DNA of 64,000 bases, from the IMG/VR virus record IMGVR_UViG_3300042275_000095, positions 27,110 through 91,109 of that record. The stretch is one strand, 5' to 3'. Below the pieces are notes generated by a model. That model was not told the DNA's origin, searched no databases, and saw nothing but the letters and a program-made list of their open reading frames with translations. The DNA is from a virus (taxonomy: Duplodnaviria > Caudoviricetes). Both the position numbers and the translations under genes were made by a program. The stretch's first letter is position 1. Each line of letters opens with the position of its first letter. Shown here piece by piece: positions 37,716 to 49,235 of the stretch.

Positions 37716-39197
37716 ATGAAAATTTTAAAACAGGCTGTAAATTATGACACCGATTATTTCGTAGATGAAAATACGTTATATCGGAATGAATTGGTAAGTC
37801 CTATTGAGCTTACACAAGCTATTACTTACTTATGGGGAATGAATAGTAAAGAGTTCCCATTGCTTAACCACGTCTTTGGTCAAGGTGGTGTTAAGACTAA
37901 GAAGCCTACAATGCTTAATGAAACTACCTATACTTGGAAAGTAATGGGTCGTATGGAATTAATTACTGTTGTAGACGGATTAGCTGTTGGCACATTAACT
38001 CAACCTGGAATTGGTGGTACTACATTTGACATTTTGTTTAGAGATGGAATGTTACATGCTTATTACACTATTTACACACCTAGTGGAAAACAGTTACGTG
38101 TTAACTATGAACCTACTAGAGAAGGTCAACTGTGGCGTGCGAATGTTACATTGATGACTAACAACATGGCTGACTATGTACCACTAGGAGACTTTGTAGA
38201 AGGCTTAGCATGGGGTTATGGTGTACCAACTATTGCAAGAAGTAAATCAGGTGGTACAGCTAGCAACCGTGTAACTCCGGGTGAAGCTACTAACCAATTT
38301 GGTTTCTACCGTTTCTCAGATAACATTGCAGGTAACATTGCAAATCAGGTTACTGAAGTAGAGTTTACTTTTGATGGTCATCCTCCTACTAAACTTTGGA
38401 TGCCAGAAGAAATGCGTCAATTTGAGTGGCAAAATCTATCAATGATTGAGGTTGATTTGTGGGAATCAGAATATAACCGTACAGAAGATGGTAGAATTAC
38501 ACTTATTGATGATGAAACAGGAGAGCCTATTCCAAAAGGGTCAGGTATTTTTGAAACTGTTAAATCTGTAGGTAACTACGATACGTATTTTAATTTAACA
38601 GTTGATAAATTAGATGGTATTGTAAATTATATTTATGACCATCGAACTGATTCTACACCTACAGAACTCGTATTGTATACTGGTTCAGGTGGAATGAGAG
38701 CGTTCCATGAAGCTATTCAACGTGATGCTATTGCTAATCAATTCTTTACTCCTTTAGGGGATAATGTAATTAGTGGTGGTAGTCATCTTACTTATGGTGC
38801 TTACTTTAAGCAGTATAAGACTATTAATGATGTACTTATCACAGTACAAGAGAGTGATTATTTTAATCATAGTACCAAAGCACAGATGGATCGTCGTAAT
38901 GGCAGAATGCATAATGGACATCCATTCTATTCTTACAATATGGCTATCTTAGATGTATCTATTGATGGAACAGGTGGTCGTAATGTAGAGATGGTAGCTG
39001 AAGAAGGTCGTGAGAAGCTAGTTAAAATCTATGAAGGTATGTCAACTATTCCTGCTGTATGGGCGCCAGCTGCAAGTTCAGGAGTAGCAAGAGCAGCTAC
39101 CAAAAAAGATGTAGCATCTTATGAAATGATTATGAGTGCCGGTATTAATATGAAAAATCCATATACCTCATTCTTAATTGAATTTGAAGGTGAATAA
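37716..39197 (+). CDS. major capsid protein
   Basis: 493 aa, YTWKVMGR, GEPIPKGSGI, LYTGSGGMRAF, crAss-like synteny. Confidence 0.9.
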   Translation: MKILKQAVNYDTDYFVDENTLYRNELVSPIELTQAITYLWGMNSKEFPLLNHVFGQGGVKTKKPTMLNETTYTWKVMGRMELITVVDGLAVGTLTQPGIGGTTFDILFRDGMLHAYYTIYTPSGKQLRVNYEPTREGQLWRANVTLMTNNMADYVPLGDFVEGLAWGYGVPTIARSKSGGTASNRVTPGEATNQFGFYRFSDNIAGNIANQVTEVEFTFDGHPPTKLWMPEEMRQFEWQNLSMIEVDLWESEYNRTEDGRITLIDDETGEPIPKGSGIFETVKSVGNYDTYFNLTVDKLDGIVNYIYDHRTDSTPTELVLYTGSGGMRAFHEAIQRDAIANQFFTPLGDNVISGGSHLTYGAYFKQYKTINDVLITVQESDYFNHSTKAQMDRRNGRMHNGHPFYSYNMAILDVSIDGTGGRNVEMVAEEGREKLVKIYEGMSTIPAVWAPAASSGVARAATKKDVASYEMIMSAGINMKNPYTSFLIEFEGE

Positions 39198-39246
39198 AAA
39201 ATAGTAATTAACATAGTATAAAAGAAAATATAATAACTTACTGACT

Positions 39247-40233
39247 ATGATAGAAGTTAATAATCAAGTGGAGCTAAGAGTTAGGCAAAGAGAAAGTGAA
39301 TTTCAAAAGGTGAATTCATCACACTTACCTCGTGGGCCAGAACGGCTAGGTGAGAGTAAGCGATCTACATCTATTTTAAAGAGTGATAATTCTCTTATGG
39401 AACTCTTGATGCCTGAACTCTTAGGTATCTCTGCACAATCTCCAACATGGGATAGCAGATTAGTAGGATATTTTGGTTCCTTAGTAATATATGTGAATAA
39501 TACATTGAAGTTAGAAGTTGGATATAAGTATTCACTTTCAGATCCAAGAAGAGAAAAGTACATTGAGGAATTAAAAAATAAACATAAAAGTATAAAAGAC
39601 GATAAGTCATTAGCTGACTATGTTGAAAGTAATATTGATTATAAATATCGAATTCTGTATGGTACTCCGATTAATAAAGAGGATTATATTAAATATAGAG
39701 TTGCATTAGAACATTCTCATGTAGCTAATAAAATAGATTATTTAGATTCTAGTTCTAAAATAAGATTCTATATTTATACAGAAGAAGAACAAATTGAGAA
39801 AGTTAAACTTGAAGCTAAGCGTAAACGTAGTATAATTAAAGCTCAATCTACAATTATGAGTAAGGATGAAACGTTACGTGATGCTATATGGGCATTCTCA
39901 TTAATAGAAGCTAAAGGCAATGTAGATAAGTTATTGGAAGATGAATTAATAATAGAACTTGAACATATTGCAACTAATTATCCAGATTGGTTAATAGATG
40001 CAGCTAGTGATAACGATTTAGAGTTGAAAGCTAGCATTGCTAAATATGTTTTAAAAGGTGTACTATATAAACTTCCAGCATCTCAAACTATTGTCGATGG
40101 AGCTAATAAAGAATTGGTATTAGGTAACTCCATTCCAGAGGTAATAGAATACTTTAAGAATGAAGACAATTCACAAACTATCAATTCATATGAAATGAAG
40201 TATAAAACGTTATCTAGTAAAAATAAGAAGTAA
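39247..40233 (+). CDS. conserved crAss-like capsid-module protein
   Basis: Follows MCP, with GTPINKEDYIKYRVALEHSHVAN and IRFYIY. Confidence 0.7.
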   Translation: MIEVNNQVELRVRQRESEFQKVNSSHLPRGPERLGESKRSTSILKSDNSLMELLMPELLGISAQSPTWDSRLVGYFGSLVIYVNNTLKLEVGYKYSLSDPRREKYIEELKNKHKSIKDDKSLADYVESNIDYKYRILYGTPINKEDYIKYRVALEHSHVANKIDYLDSSSKIRFYIYTEEEQIEKVKLEAKRKRSIIKAQSTIMSKDETLRDAIWAFSLIEAKGNVDKLLEDELIIELEHIATNYPDWLIDAASDNDLELKASIAKYVLKGVLYKLPASQTIVDGANKELVLGNSIPEVIEYFKNEDNSQTINSYEMKYKTLSSKNKK

Positions 40234-40235
40234 TT

Positions 40236-41270
40236 ATGAAACATATTTTTGTAACAAACGAAAACTACGGAGTAGATGTTGAAGATAGTTTGGTAGCAGG
40301 TTTAAATACTGTTGACAATCTAATTGCAGGTGCTATCGTATTTATTAACGCTGAAACAGGTAACAGTGTCGATCCTGATACAGGTATTTCCAATAATGCA
40401 TTACCTAATGCATTGCTTAATGTATGTCTAAGTCATGGTTCAAGTGTTAATCCAGACGTAATTGTATTAAATGGTAATAATATTGTAGATATTAAAAAGA
40501 ATACATATAGTGCACCAGTTGCTAAAGTAATGGCATTTGGTGATGAAGCTAAACCTGTATCCTTTACACCAGCTGCTGGTAATACATATACAATTGTAAT
40601 TGAGAATCGTGACAAATCAATTCATCAAACTGACCGTAAACGTTATTATACAACTATTGGTAGAACTGGAGATACTATTGTAACAGTTCTTAATAGATTA
40701 ATTGCAAAAATTAATAATGATAGTTTACAAAGTGTAACTGCTAGCTTACATAATACTGACGATGGTATTAAGTTTAGAGGCACTACTGTTAATAACTTTG
40801 GTGTATTTGTAATGGATGATTTAATAGGAGCAGGTAATGTAATTGAAGCTGCAAAAGCTGATCTATCAGGTGCTATTATTGATGGTGTATATTATGATGC
40901 TAATACACCTATTACATTAGCGACTAAATATGGAAATGCAGCATTAGATGGAGCAGGCGTAGCTGATATTGGATATGCAATGTGGAACGGCGGTGTAGGT
41001 ACACCTACTCATGTTGCTGCATTAGAAGAAGAATTATCATCTCATAAAGGTGACCATAAGTCATTGTATAGAAGTGAACAATTCTTTAATGCTCCTACCA
41101 ATTTAGATACCACTGCTACATATCATATTTACGATATTGAGTTTAATAGTGGTAAAGCAGCAGGCCCGTTTAAAGCTGAGAATTTCACACAACATCTTAT
41201 GATTGCAGCTAAAAGTGGAAATGCAACACTAATAGCTGACTTAGAAACTCTCTTTGCTAATTACCTTTAA
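40236..41270 (+). CDS. virion structural protein (auxiliary capsid protein-like)
   Basis: Gly/Ala/Thr-rich, syntenic position. Confidence 0.6.
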   Translation: MKHIFVTNENYGVDVEDSLVAGLNTVDNLIAGAIVFINAETGNSVDPDTGISNNALPNALLNVCLSHGSSVNPDVIVLNGNNIVDIKKNTYSAPVAKVMAFGDEAKPVSFTPAAGNTYTIVIENRDKSIHQTDRKRYYTTIGRTGDTIVTVLNRLIAKINNDSLQSVTASLHNTDDGIKFRGTTVNNFGVFVMDDLIGAGNVIEAAKADLSGAIIDGVYYDANTPITLATKYGNAALDGAGVADIGYAMWNGGVGTPTHVAALEEELSSHKGDHKSLYRSEQFFNAPTNLDTTATYHIYDIEFNSGKAAGPFKAENFTQHLMIAAKSGNATLIADLETLFANYL

Positions 41271-41279
41271 TAATGTAAT

Positions 41280-42506
41280 ATGAACATTGTTCAAATGCAT
41301 ACTGCGATAGACGTTGGAGTTAATCATCTTAACTCCAACTCTTATCGCAAAATTCCTAAAGAAGTTAAAGACTCTTTAATAAGCAATATAAGTATAGAGT
41401 TTATATTAAAAGCGGTAAATGATATAGGTTCATCTTTATTAATGCCTAGCACTAGAGATGAAATGAAAGCTATATCAACTAATCTAAGAACTTTATATAC
41501 TAATATTGATTTACCAAAGTTACCAGATGAAGATTTTACAGATGGTAACTTTGCTACTTTTGAAATACCTTCATTTACCACAGGTTCTATTACATCAGGT
41601 TTGATAAGACATCAAACTAGGTATCGTTTTATAACAGTTGGTAGTACTGATTGGACAGGTATATTTCCAGGTTCTCCCAGTAATGGAGATGAAGTAGTAT
41701 CTAATTTATCAATATTAGATAGTACAAGTGGTGATATATCCATAATTGAAGGTGTAACATATAAAGTTATACAAAAAGGTACATATAGTAATTGGGAAAG
41801 TATAGGTTATAGTACAAATGAAATAAGAAAAGGTGTAGTTATTAAAGCTACAACAAATGATACTATATTATCTGGTACTAATGTCAAATTACAACCTTTA
41901 ACTGCATTTCCAACTTGGGTAAGTTCAGAGTTGTATATGATTGATAATTACAATATGTTAGCTTACCAATCTATAAATGCTACTATATCATTAAGAGAGT
42001 TTTCAAAAGGACGAGTTAAAATAGGCTCATATTTAATTGTAGATGCTCAATCCGGAGATGATTTTACATCAATAGGTGGTACTTCTATAAGTACAACAGG
42101 TGATATAATAACATGTGCCAGTGAAACTAATGTTAATTTTACAAATGGTTCTAAGATAGCTAAGATTATATATGTACCATGTTTGATAACAACTAAAGAG
42201 TTATCAGCTAATTTACAATTAAATGATAGTTATACATCATCAACGGCACCTTTAGCAGTTATTTCAAACAATGAAATTTATATATATCATAGTGAACATT
42301 TTAAAATACGTAATGCAAACTTGACATATATTAGAACACCTAGACGTGTAAATTTAGATTATGGTATTTCATCTGACATAAATGAAGTAACTCATCCATC
42401 TATAATAGATGCAGTTGTATCTAGAATAATTGCAAATGTTAAAGGTGAAAACTATCAAGCTGTAAAGACAGAACAATCAGTTGAACAAAAAACACATAGA
42501 TTATAA
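41280..42506 (+). CDS. tail ring / head-tail connector protein with internal insertion
   Basis: N-terminal MNIVQMH..I.......S and C-terminal LTYIRTP...THPSIIDAVV resemble crAss ring proteins. Confidence 0.6.
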   Translation: MNIVQMHTAIDVGVNHLNSNSYRKIPKEVKDSLISNISIEFILKAVNDIGSSLLMPSTRDEMKAISTNLRTLYTNIDLPKLPDEDFTDGNFATFEIPSFTTGSITSGLIRHQTRYRFITVGSTDWTGIFPGSPSNGDEVVSNLSILDSTSGDISIIEGVTYKVIQKGTYSNWESIGYSTNEIRKGVVIKATTNDTILSGTNVKLQPLTAFPTWVSSELYMIDNYNMLAYQSINATISLREFSKGRVKIGSYLIVDAQSGDDFTSIGGTSISTTGDIITCASETNVNFTNGSKIAKIIYVPCLITTKELSANLQLNDSYTSSTAPLAVISNNEIYIYHSEHFKIRNANLTYIRTPRRVNLDYGISSDINEVTHPSIIDAVVSRIIANVKGENYQAVKTEQSVEQKTHRL

Positions 42507-43009
42507 TGGCAACATCATTCGCACCAATAGGCAGTATAGTAACACCAACAAGTGTAATATTTGTAAGTAGTGTTGTTCAATTTACAACAACTGTTTATAA
42601 ATTAGATGAAAATAACAGTTGGGAAGTAGTACAAACATTTGATACGCCTGTAACAGAACAAACTGTAACATTGTCTTCTGATGGAGTTTATTACTTTCAT
42701 TTAGAGGAATATGGTAATACAGGTGAGAGTATATTTGTATATATATGCTATGAAGAAGTTAAAGCTAAGTTAAGAAGCTATATTAAGAGTATTCTATGTT
42801 CATGTTGTGAAGATGATTGTAATCCTTGTAGTAATGAAACAGTTTATGATTTTAATATGTTACATCACTTATCATTGAGTTATTTAGGAAGTAATGAGTT
42901 TTTATTAATTCAAACTGATATAACAGATGTTACTACATTAGATAAACTTCATAGTATTAATAATGCAATAGTACGAACTAAGAAATACATACTTAATTAT
43001 GATATTTGA
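42506..43009 (+). CDS. structural protein (Cys-rich C-terminus; tail hub-like)
   Basis: TAATG coupling, CSCCEDDCNPC. Confidence 0.5.
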   Translation: MATSFAPIGSIVTPTSVIFVSSVVQFTTTVYKLDENNSWEVVQTFDTPVTEQTVTLSSDGVYYFHLEEYGNTGESIFVYICYEEVKAKLRSYIKSILCSCCEDDCNPCSNETVYDFNMLHHLSLSYLGSNEFLLIQTDITDVTTLDKLHSINNAIVRTKKYILNYDI

Positions 43010-43673
43010 TAACTATAGTATAGCGATACGTGAAGATGCAGTAGTTTATGCTCATATGTTAGCATATAGAGACATTTACAATGCTGTATGGGAATCACAG
43101 TGGTTACAAGAAGATAAATATGGTAAAGGTTTAGAGAGTGCTAAGATAACAGCATATAATGCTTGGTTGTTATTTAAATGTATTATACAAGATGATTTGA
43201 CTTTGTATAATGAAATAAGCGATAAGATACCTGAATCTCAAATTTATACATTAAATGAATATAACGATGTGTTAAATTGCTTTAGATGTGCAGCCGTTGA
43301 TATTGATGTAACTTTAGATTATTCACAACCACCTATGGATTTAAACAATAAACCTTATTATTATGGTGTTTCTACAGATGGTAATTTAACAGCTGAAGAA
43401 ATACAAAGTGTTTTAACTTCTGATAATACTAGATCATTAGGTATGGAAGTTGAAATAGGAATTGGTGACCCAGTGTACGTGTACTTTGTATATCCTACAG
43501 AATGGGGAACTGTAGAAGAAATTATATTAAGTGGGTTTAACCAAGTTAGTGCATATGATACAGAGTTTGATAGTGTTCAGTATGCAACATTAGCTGGTAT
43601 GACCCCTTATACAGTAGTAAGGTCATTGTTAACTAATGATATTGATGCACCCTTAACAGTACAATTTAAGTAA
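42999..43673 (+). CDS. structural protein
   Basis: YYYG...YVYFVYPTEWG beta domain common in phage structural proteins. Confidence 0.55.
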   Translation: MIFDNYSIAIREDAVVYAHMLAYRDIYNAVWESQWLQEDKYGKGLESAKITAYNAWLLFKCIIQDDLTLYNEISDKIPESQIYTLNEYNDVLNCFRCAAVDIDVTLDYSQPPMDLNNKPYYYGVSTDGNLTAEEIQSVLTSDNTRSLGMEVEIGIGDPVYVYFVYPTEWGTVEEIILSGFNQVSAYDTEFDSVQYATLAGMTPYTVVRSLLTNDIDAPLTVQFK

Positions 43674-44152
43674 TGGCAACTACAGTATATTCTCCATATT
43701 TACCTATGTTTACAGGGTTTCACATTTTAAGTGCAACTCATGTAGATAATAGAACTGTTGTAGAAACGATAGCAGATAGAGATGCATTATCGTCTACCAG
43801 ATTACCTGATGGATTAGAGTGCTTGATAATGCAAGCTGTTAGGGATGGTGACAGTGTAGTAAAATATAGATGGTATGATGATGAATGGCATCCTATAGTA
43901 TCAGGTAGTAGTGGAGGAGGAGATGACTTTAATCACACTGCTACATTTGTAATAGCAGATTGGATAGAAGATGTAAGTAAACCATATAATAAATATTATA
44001 TTGAGGTAGCACATACAGGTAGTAAATATCCTTCTCATTTAGTATTCACATCTGATGGTGAAGGAGTTGTATTAGAATATAAAGAGATTAGTACCTCAGT
44101 ATTTAGGTTGTATAATAGACATCCGTTTGATGGTACATTAACAGCTAACTAA
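43673..44152 (+). CDS. fibre-associated structural protein
   Basis: VDNRTVVETIADRDAL...DGL motif, TAATG coupling. Confidence 0.55.
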   Translation: MATTVYSPYLPMFTGFHILSATHVDNRTVVETIADRDALSSTRLPDGLECLIMQAVRDGDSVVKYRWYDDEWHPIVSGSSGGGDDFNHTATFVIADWIEDVSKPYNKYYIEVAHTGSKYPSHLVFTSDGEGVVLEYKEISTSVFRLYNRHPFDGTLTAN

Positions 44153-44167
44153 TTAAATTAAGAAATT

Positions 44168-46144
44168 ATGCAATATAGAAGTGATTTAATGTTCATTAAC
44201 CCGTTAGATATACGGGATAAGAACGGTAATATACAACTATCATTTCCTGACCCTACTGCAAGTGCTGATAATTATTTAAGTGTACTTAATGGGTATAGTG
44301 GTACAACTGGACAATATAAAGGTGTAGGTTTTGCTAGTGAAGGTGGTGGGTCTAATATAGATATTTATCTTGCACCAAAAGGAGATGGTATAGCTAGAAT
44401 ATACTCAGCTAGTGCTACATCATATAGAGAGTTAATTGCAGGGATATCTAATGCTATTGCAACAGTAGATTATGTAGAACGTGCTGTTACAATAGGTGTT
44501 ATATATCTACAACACGTTAAAGCTGTATTTGATAACAGTGGTTCAGCATTAACAGCTCCAGTAGCAGGTTCTGTTACTATTGATGGTAATACTATTACCA
44601 CAGGAGATAGAGTTTTAGTTAAAGCTAGTAATGATACATATAACACTTGGATAGTTGAATGTGGTGTTGATAGTTGGACTAAAGTAGAAGACTTCTTAGA
44701 TGAAGATACTAATGACCCACTACAAGAAGTACATTATAAAGTAGGTGCTACAACATTTGTAGATAACGATGGTACGTCTCCTACATATAAAGATGTAAGA
44801 TTTACATGGAATGGTACAGAGTGGGTATTACAATATAGTTCTAGTGAATTACCATATGGTGCAGAAGAAGGTGTAAAGTTAACTAACTTTACATTTAGTA
44901 TGGATATACCTAATCTTACTGAATTAACTATACCTGCTGATGATGACTATTTGGCAATATATGATACTAGTGGTACTATCCATAAGAAGATTTCAGTATT
45001 GAATTTATTACCAGAGCCAGCTGGTACATATTCATGGGAAATAGGAGCAGATAATAGTACAGATAATCAAGTATCTAGTTCTCACGATGTTCATCTATTA
45101 GGAGATACAGATAATTGGGTAGATACTGTATATTCGTACTCAGCAGGAGTACATACTATTAAATTTCAATATGGTTTAGCAGGTGGATTAAATAGAGTAT
45201 TAATGACTAATGCTTTAGGTAACCCAATTGAAGCAAATGGTGGAAAAGGTTTTATACTTAGACCTGCATACAATACACCTTGGGATAGTGGTACAATTGG
45301 TGAATTTATCCAAAGTACTAAATTACCATTAGGTGGTTCAGGTTCAGCAGGTGCACTAGTATTATACACACCTGAGGCAACAGGTCATTATGTAACACTA
45401 CAAGCACCAGCTACTGCAACAGACCAAACATACTTATTACCACAAGCATATCCGACTGAAGATTTATATGTATTAGCAGCTACTACAACAGGTACTATGT
45501 CATGGGTAGCACGTACTACAAATACAGATAAATTAGTTGCAGCAGATACAGGTGGTACAGCAGGTTATTTAACTAATGTACTACAAGGTACGACAGATGG
45601 TACACCAATTAGTGGTATTAAAGTATCTACATATAATACTAATTATACTCTAATTCAACAAACTATAAGTGATACAGGTGTAACTAGAGATGCTGTAGCT
45701 ACAGATTTACTTGCAGTATATGATACTACAGGAGACAAATTAATTAATGGTAATGTAACTGCTTCTCAACTTAGTAGTATATATCTACTTAGTAATTATG
45801 TTAGTACTAATGTATTCTACAATGGTTCTATTGCAGTATATGAATTAGGACAATCTGATTTCACATTAGTTAATACTGAATATGTAGCGAGTGATACAAT
45901 AGATAGTATTATTGGTAGTACCGACTATGATAGCGATTGGGTATTGGCTATAGTACAACGTAAATATACAGATGGCAGTACAACTAAATATGAGACTATT
46001 CAATGTAATACTAGAGTTTATAGGGATGACGGTAATGGAGATAAAGGTACAGTTGATATAGCATTTACTAACCAACCTGGAGCAGGTGAAGTATTTAGAG
46101 TAACATTAATATTAGACCCTACTCTTTTAACACAACCATCATAA
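44168..46144 (+). CDS. tail fibre protein
   Basis: 658 aa, Thr/Gly-rich, TIDGNTITTGDRVLVK motif. Confidence 0.7.
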   Translation: MQYRSDLMFINPLDIRDKNGNIQLSFPDPTASADNYLSVLNGYSGTTGQYKGVGFASEGGGSNIDIYLAPKGDGIARIYSASATSYRELIAGISNAIATVDYVERAVTIGVIYLQHVKAVFDNSGSALTAPVAGSVTIDGNTITTGDRVLVKASNDTYNTWIVECGVDSWTKVEDFLDEDTNDPLQEVHYKVGATTFVDNDGTSPTYKDVRFTWNGTEWVLQYSSSELPYGAEEGVKLTNFTFSMDIPNLTELTIPADDDYLAIYDTSGTIHKKISVLNLLPEPAGTYSWEIGADNSTDNQVSSSHDVHLLGDTDNWVDTVYSYSAGVHTIKFQYGLAGGLNRVLMTNALGNPIEANGGKGFILRPAYNTPWDSGTIGEFIQSTKLPLGGSGSAGALVLYTPEATGHYVTLQAPATATDQTYLLPQAYPTEDLYVLAATTTGTMSWVARTTNTDKLVAADTGGTAGYLTNVLQGTTDGTPISGIKVSTYNTNYTLIQQTISDTGVTRDAVATDLLAVYDTTGDKLINGNVTASQLSSIYLLSNYVSTNVFYNGSIAVYELGQSDFTLVNTEYVASDTIDSIIGSTDYDSDWVLAIVQRKYTDGSTTKYETIQCNTRVYRDDGNGDKGTVDIAFTNQPGAGEVFRVTLILDPTLLTQPS

Positions 46145-46161
46145 AATAAGGAGGATATCTT

Positions 46162-47814
46162 ATGTACGTACGCTCCTTATTAACATTAGTTAATATATCA
46201 GATAGTATTAGCACTCCATCTATAGGTGTGGGTGCTGAATACTGTCATTTATATGCTGATGATAATCAGTTATATTTAAGTGTTCCGTATTCTGAAACAT
46301 TAGTTGAGAGAATAGTAGGTATTAGACCAAGTTATATACAGAATCATGGTATAGTGTATTATGATACAACTGGAACAAGAAATGAATTTAATATCATACC
46401 GCCTAATAACACTACTATAAAAAAGTTACTTACTAGTTATGATGATACTACTAATTTAACTTTTAAATGGGTTGACGTAAATGATTTAATTACATTACCA
46501 GATGTATATTGGTCATTAGATGCAACACATGGATTATATCCAACTAGTATTACCAATAGGGTAACTATAGGTGAAGCTGCTAGTGCAGATGGAGCAGGTA
46601 CAGCATTATATATAAAAGGTAACCAATCTATCAAAGATGGTTTATTATCTACACTTAATTCAGTAGGTAATATACTAGCTACATATAAAGATAATTTAAA
46701 TACTACATATTTAGACAGTAAACCGTTAGTAGGTAATTATGGTGGATATTTAGTTACCCATACAGATAATGCTAAAGATGCATTATTACATCTCAATAGC
46801 TCAGGTGTTACATTAAATCATTTAATGGCATATCTTAGTCCAACTGACCTTAGTAGTGCAGACGCTAGCATTATTACAGCTAGGTCGATGGAGAATAGCT
46901 TTAATGATACAGGTTATGGATTTAGAAGACATAAAAGTACTACAATTAGTACTGGAGATACAACATGGGCAATAGACCATAGCTTATATGAAATAGAAAA
47001 TGTTACATTTAATAAACAAGGTATTATAAATGTAACAGTTTCAAATCCTATTACAAATAAGATATATACAGCTAAGATTGTATCAAATGATAATAATGAT
47101 GGTTTATCATTACCGTCTAACGCCACTGTACTATCAGGTGAGTTTATAGCTAATGATACTAACTACATGCAAATAATGTGTGTAGAAGATGGTACATATG
47201 GTACAGTTGAATACTTAGTTACATACAGTCAAGATAAATCAATGGTTAATAAGACATCTTATGCCATAACTGATTTAACTGATGTAGCCAATGACTATAG
47301 TACATTAAAAGATAGGTTATTACGAGTTAATCCCACTGGCGATGGTATTATATTTTCATCATTATTAGGAGCCACTCTTAATTCAACAGATGGTTATATA
47401 CCTAGTTGGAATGGTACAACAGGTTCATTATTAAATAATGGGTATGCAGTAAGTACTGATTTATACACTGAGAATACAAATTCTTATTTAGTAACAGCCG
47501 ATGTTATAAAGGAAGTGATTGATGAAAGTAAAGCACAAGTCGTATCTACAAGTGCAAATGTAGATGCAGATACTAAAGTAATATTAATAGATAAATCATC
47601 TGGAGACTTAACATTAACGTTCCCTGATTTATCAGGTAGTGATACTAGAGCTAGAGTATGGATTGTTAAGGATGTAAGTGCAACTGAGAATAATAATGAT
47701 TTAATTATTGCAACTGCTGGTACACATACTGTAGAAGGTGAAACTACATTTACTGTTTCAGGTAATGGATTTGCTAGAGATGTTATATTTGTAACTAATT
47801 ATCATATAGCGTAA
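46162..47814 (+). CDS. tail fibre protein
   Basis: 550 aa, ITDLTDV repeat, C-terminal LTLTFP...WIVKD domain. Confidence 0.65.
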   Translation: MYVRSLLTLVNISDSISTPSIGVGAEYCHLYADDNQLYLSVPYSETLVERIVGIRPSYIQNHGIVYYDTTGTRNEFNIIPPNNTTIKKLLTSYDDTTNLTFKWVDVNDLITLPDVYWSLDATHGLYPTSITNRVTIGEAASADGAGTALYIKGNQSIKDGLLSTLNSVGNILATYKDNLNTTYLDSKPLVGNYGGYLVTHTDNAKDALLHLNSSGVTLNHLMAYLSPTDLSSADASIITARSMENSFNDTGYGFRRHKSTTISTGDTTWAIDHSLYEIENVTFNKQGIINVTVSNPITNKIYTAKIVSNDNNDGLSLPSNATVLSGEFIANDTNYMQIMCVEDGTYGTVEYLVTYSQDKSMVNKTSYAITDLTDVANDYSTLKDRLLRVNPTGDGIIFSSLLGATLNSTDGYIPSWNGTTGSLLNNGYAVSTDLYTENTNSYLVTADVIKEVIDESKAQVVSTSANVDADTKVILIDKSSGDLTLTFPDLSGSDTRARVWIVKDVSATENNNDLIIATAGTHTVEGETTFTVSGNGFARDVIFVTNYHIA

Positions 47815-49232
47815 TGAGTAATATACGTGGTGGACATAAGAAATTAATATTATCAGATATTAAACCTGATGGTTCAGGATATGATGATTATACATTTAAG
47901 TATATATCATTTCTTATGTTTGATGGTGATATTAAGATAATAGATAGGTATAATGAAGATTGGAATCTTGTAAGTTATGACCCTGATGCAAAGTATTCAG
48001 CTATATGCACAAGGTGGAATAGAATGTACTTAGTAAATACCAATTCAAGTGGTTATGCTGAGTTCTCATTGATAAAAGATTACGCAGGCGATATATCAAC
48101 AGATGGAGTAGTTATTGATACACCATTGGATGGAATAATTAATTTATTAGGTGTATCTAGACATCCAACTGATACATACGATAATATATTAAGGTATGTA
48201 GAGGAAGTTGGTAGTAATACATATTTACAGTATTTAGTATGTAATAGTGTAAGTGAAACAATACCTTATAGAAATACTATATATTCCAATACCTATGACT
48301 ATAGAACATTACCATATGATTGGGATGGTGTTACTATAGATAGCGTAACTGATTTGGTAATAAGTATAATGCGACATGAGTATCAAAATGGTGTATATTC
48401 AGATGATTATATAGGAGTTGGTCATTCTACCTTAACTCCTAATGTAGTAATATTTACTGAAAAAGAAGAGTTCTATGCTGAGGGTAATCAAAGTGGTAGC
48501 GGGTCACCTGAAATATGGAGCATTGCTAAACTTAAAGTATGGTTATCATTAGATGGAGGTTCTACATTAACTGATATATCTAGTAGATTAAATCCTACAT
48601 TTGACTTAGATAATACAAAATATGTAGTAGACCATTGGGAATTAGATGATGCAACTTATACATGTGATACTATATATTGGACAGTTAACCCAAATGGTAG
48701 ATTGTTATGTGGAGTACAACCACCATACAATAAACATAATAGAAGTTATGGCGGAACAACTAGATTCCATATTAGTTATAATTATGGCGCAACTTTTGAA
48801 GATGAACATCAGATTATAGAAACAGGTAATGTGTTTTATTTACCAGTATGTAATAATATGGGAGCTAACGGTAATATATTATTAGGTAAATACTTTGATT
48901 CGTTTGAGGACAGTTATACATACGATAATCATTTACAACTTAGCATATATAATATACATACTAAAACAATAACTGCTATACCTGATGTAACTACACTATC
49001 AGATTGGTCATTTTATTACTATAAACCTTCTACATATGCTATATCAGGAGACGGTAATACAGTAATAGTAGGTGGTACTTGTTTAAGAACACCTATTGCC
49101 CAATATAAAATGGTATATTTTAAAATAGATATATCTAATGTAAATAACCCTAGTATTGTAACAGGTGCTTATTATCCAACTATACCATCAGTATTAGGAT
49201 TTGGAGTATCTAAAATTATAACAAATTTTTAG
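47814..49232 (+). CDS. beta-propeller (Asp-box/BNR) tail-associated protein
   Basis: SLDGGSTL and SYNYGATF Asp-box-like motifs. Confidence 0.5.
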   Translation: MSNIRGGHKKLILSDIKPDGSGYDDYTFKYISFLMFDGDIKIIDRYNEDWNLVSYDPDAKYSAICTRWNRMYLVNTNSSGYAEFSLIKDYAGDISTDGVVIDTPLDGIINLLGVSRHPTDTYDNILRYVEEVGSNTYLQYLVCNSVSETIPYRNTIYSNTYDYRTLPYDWDGVTIDSVTDLVISIMRHEYQNGVYSDDYIGVGHSTLTPNVVIFTEKEEFYAEGNQSGSGSPEIWSIAKLKVWLSLDGGSTLTDISSRLNPTFDLDNTKYVVDHWELDDATYTCDTIYWTVNPNGRLLCGVQPPYNKHNRSYGGTTRFHISYNYGATFEDEHQIIETGNVFYLPVCNNMGANGNILLGKYFDSFEDSYTYDNHLQLSIYNIHTKTITAIPDVTTLSDWSFYYYKPSTYAISGDGNTVIVGGTCLRTPIAQYKMVYFKIDISNVNNPSIVTGAYYPTIPSVLGFGVSKIITNF

Positions 49233-49235
49233 GAT

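Noticed and set aside
7489-39197. Inteins, group I introns or homing endonucleases in PolB, TerL or MCP
   Set aside because: The ORFs are continuous and of ordinary length, with no LAGLIDADG/HNH/GIY-YIG or intein terminal motifs seen.
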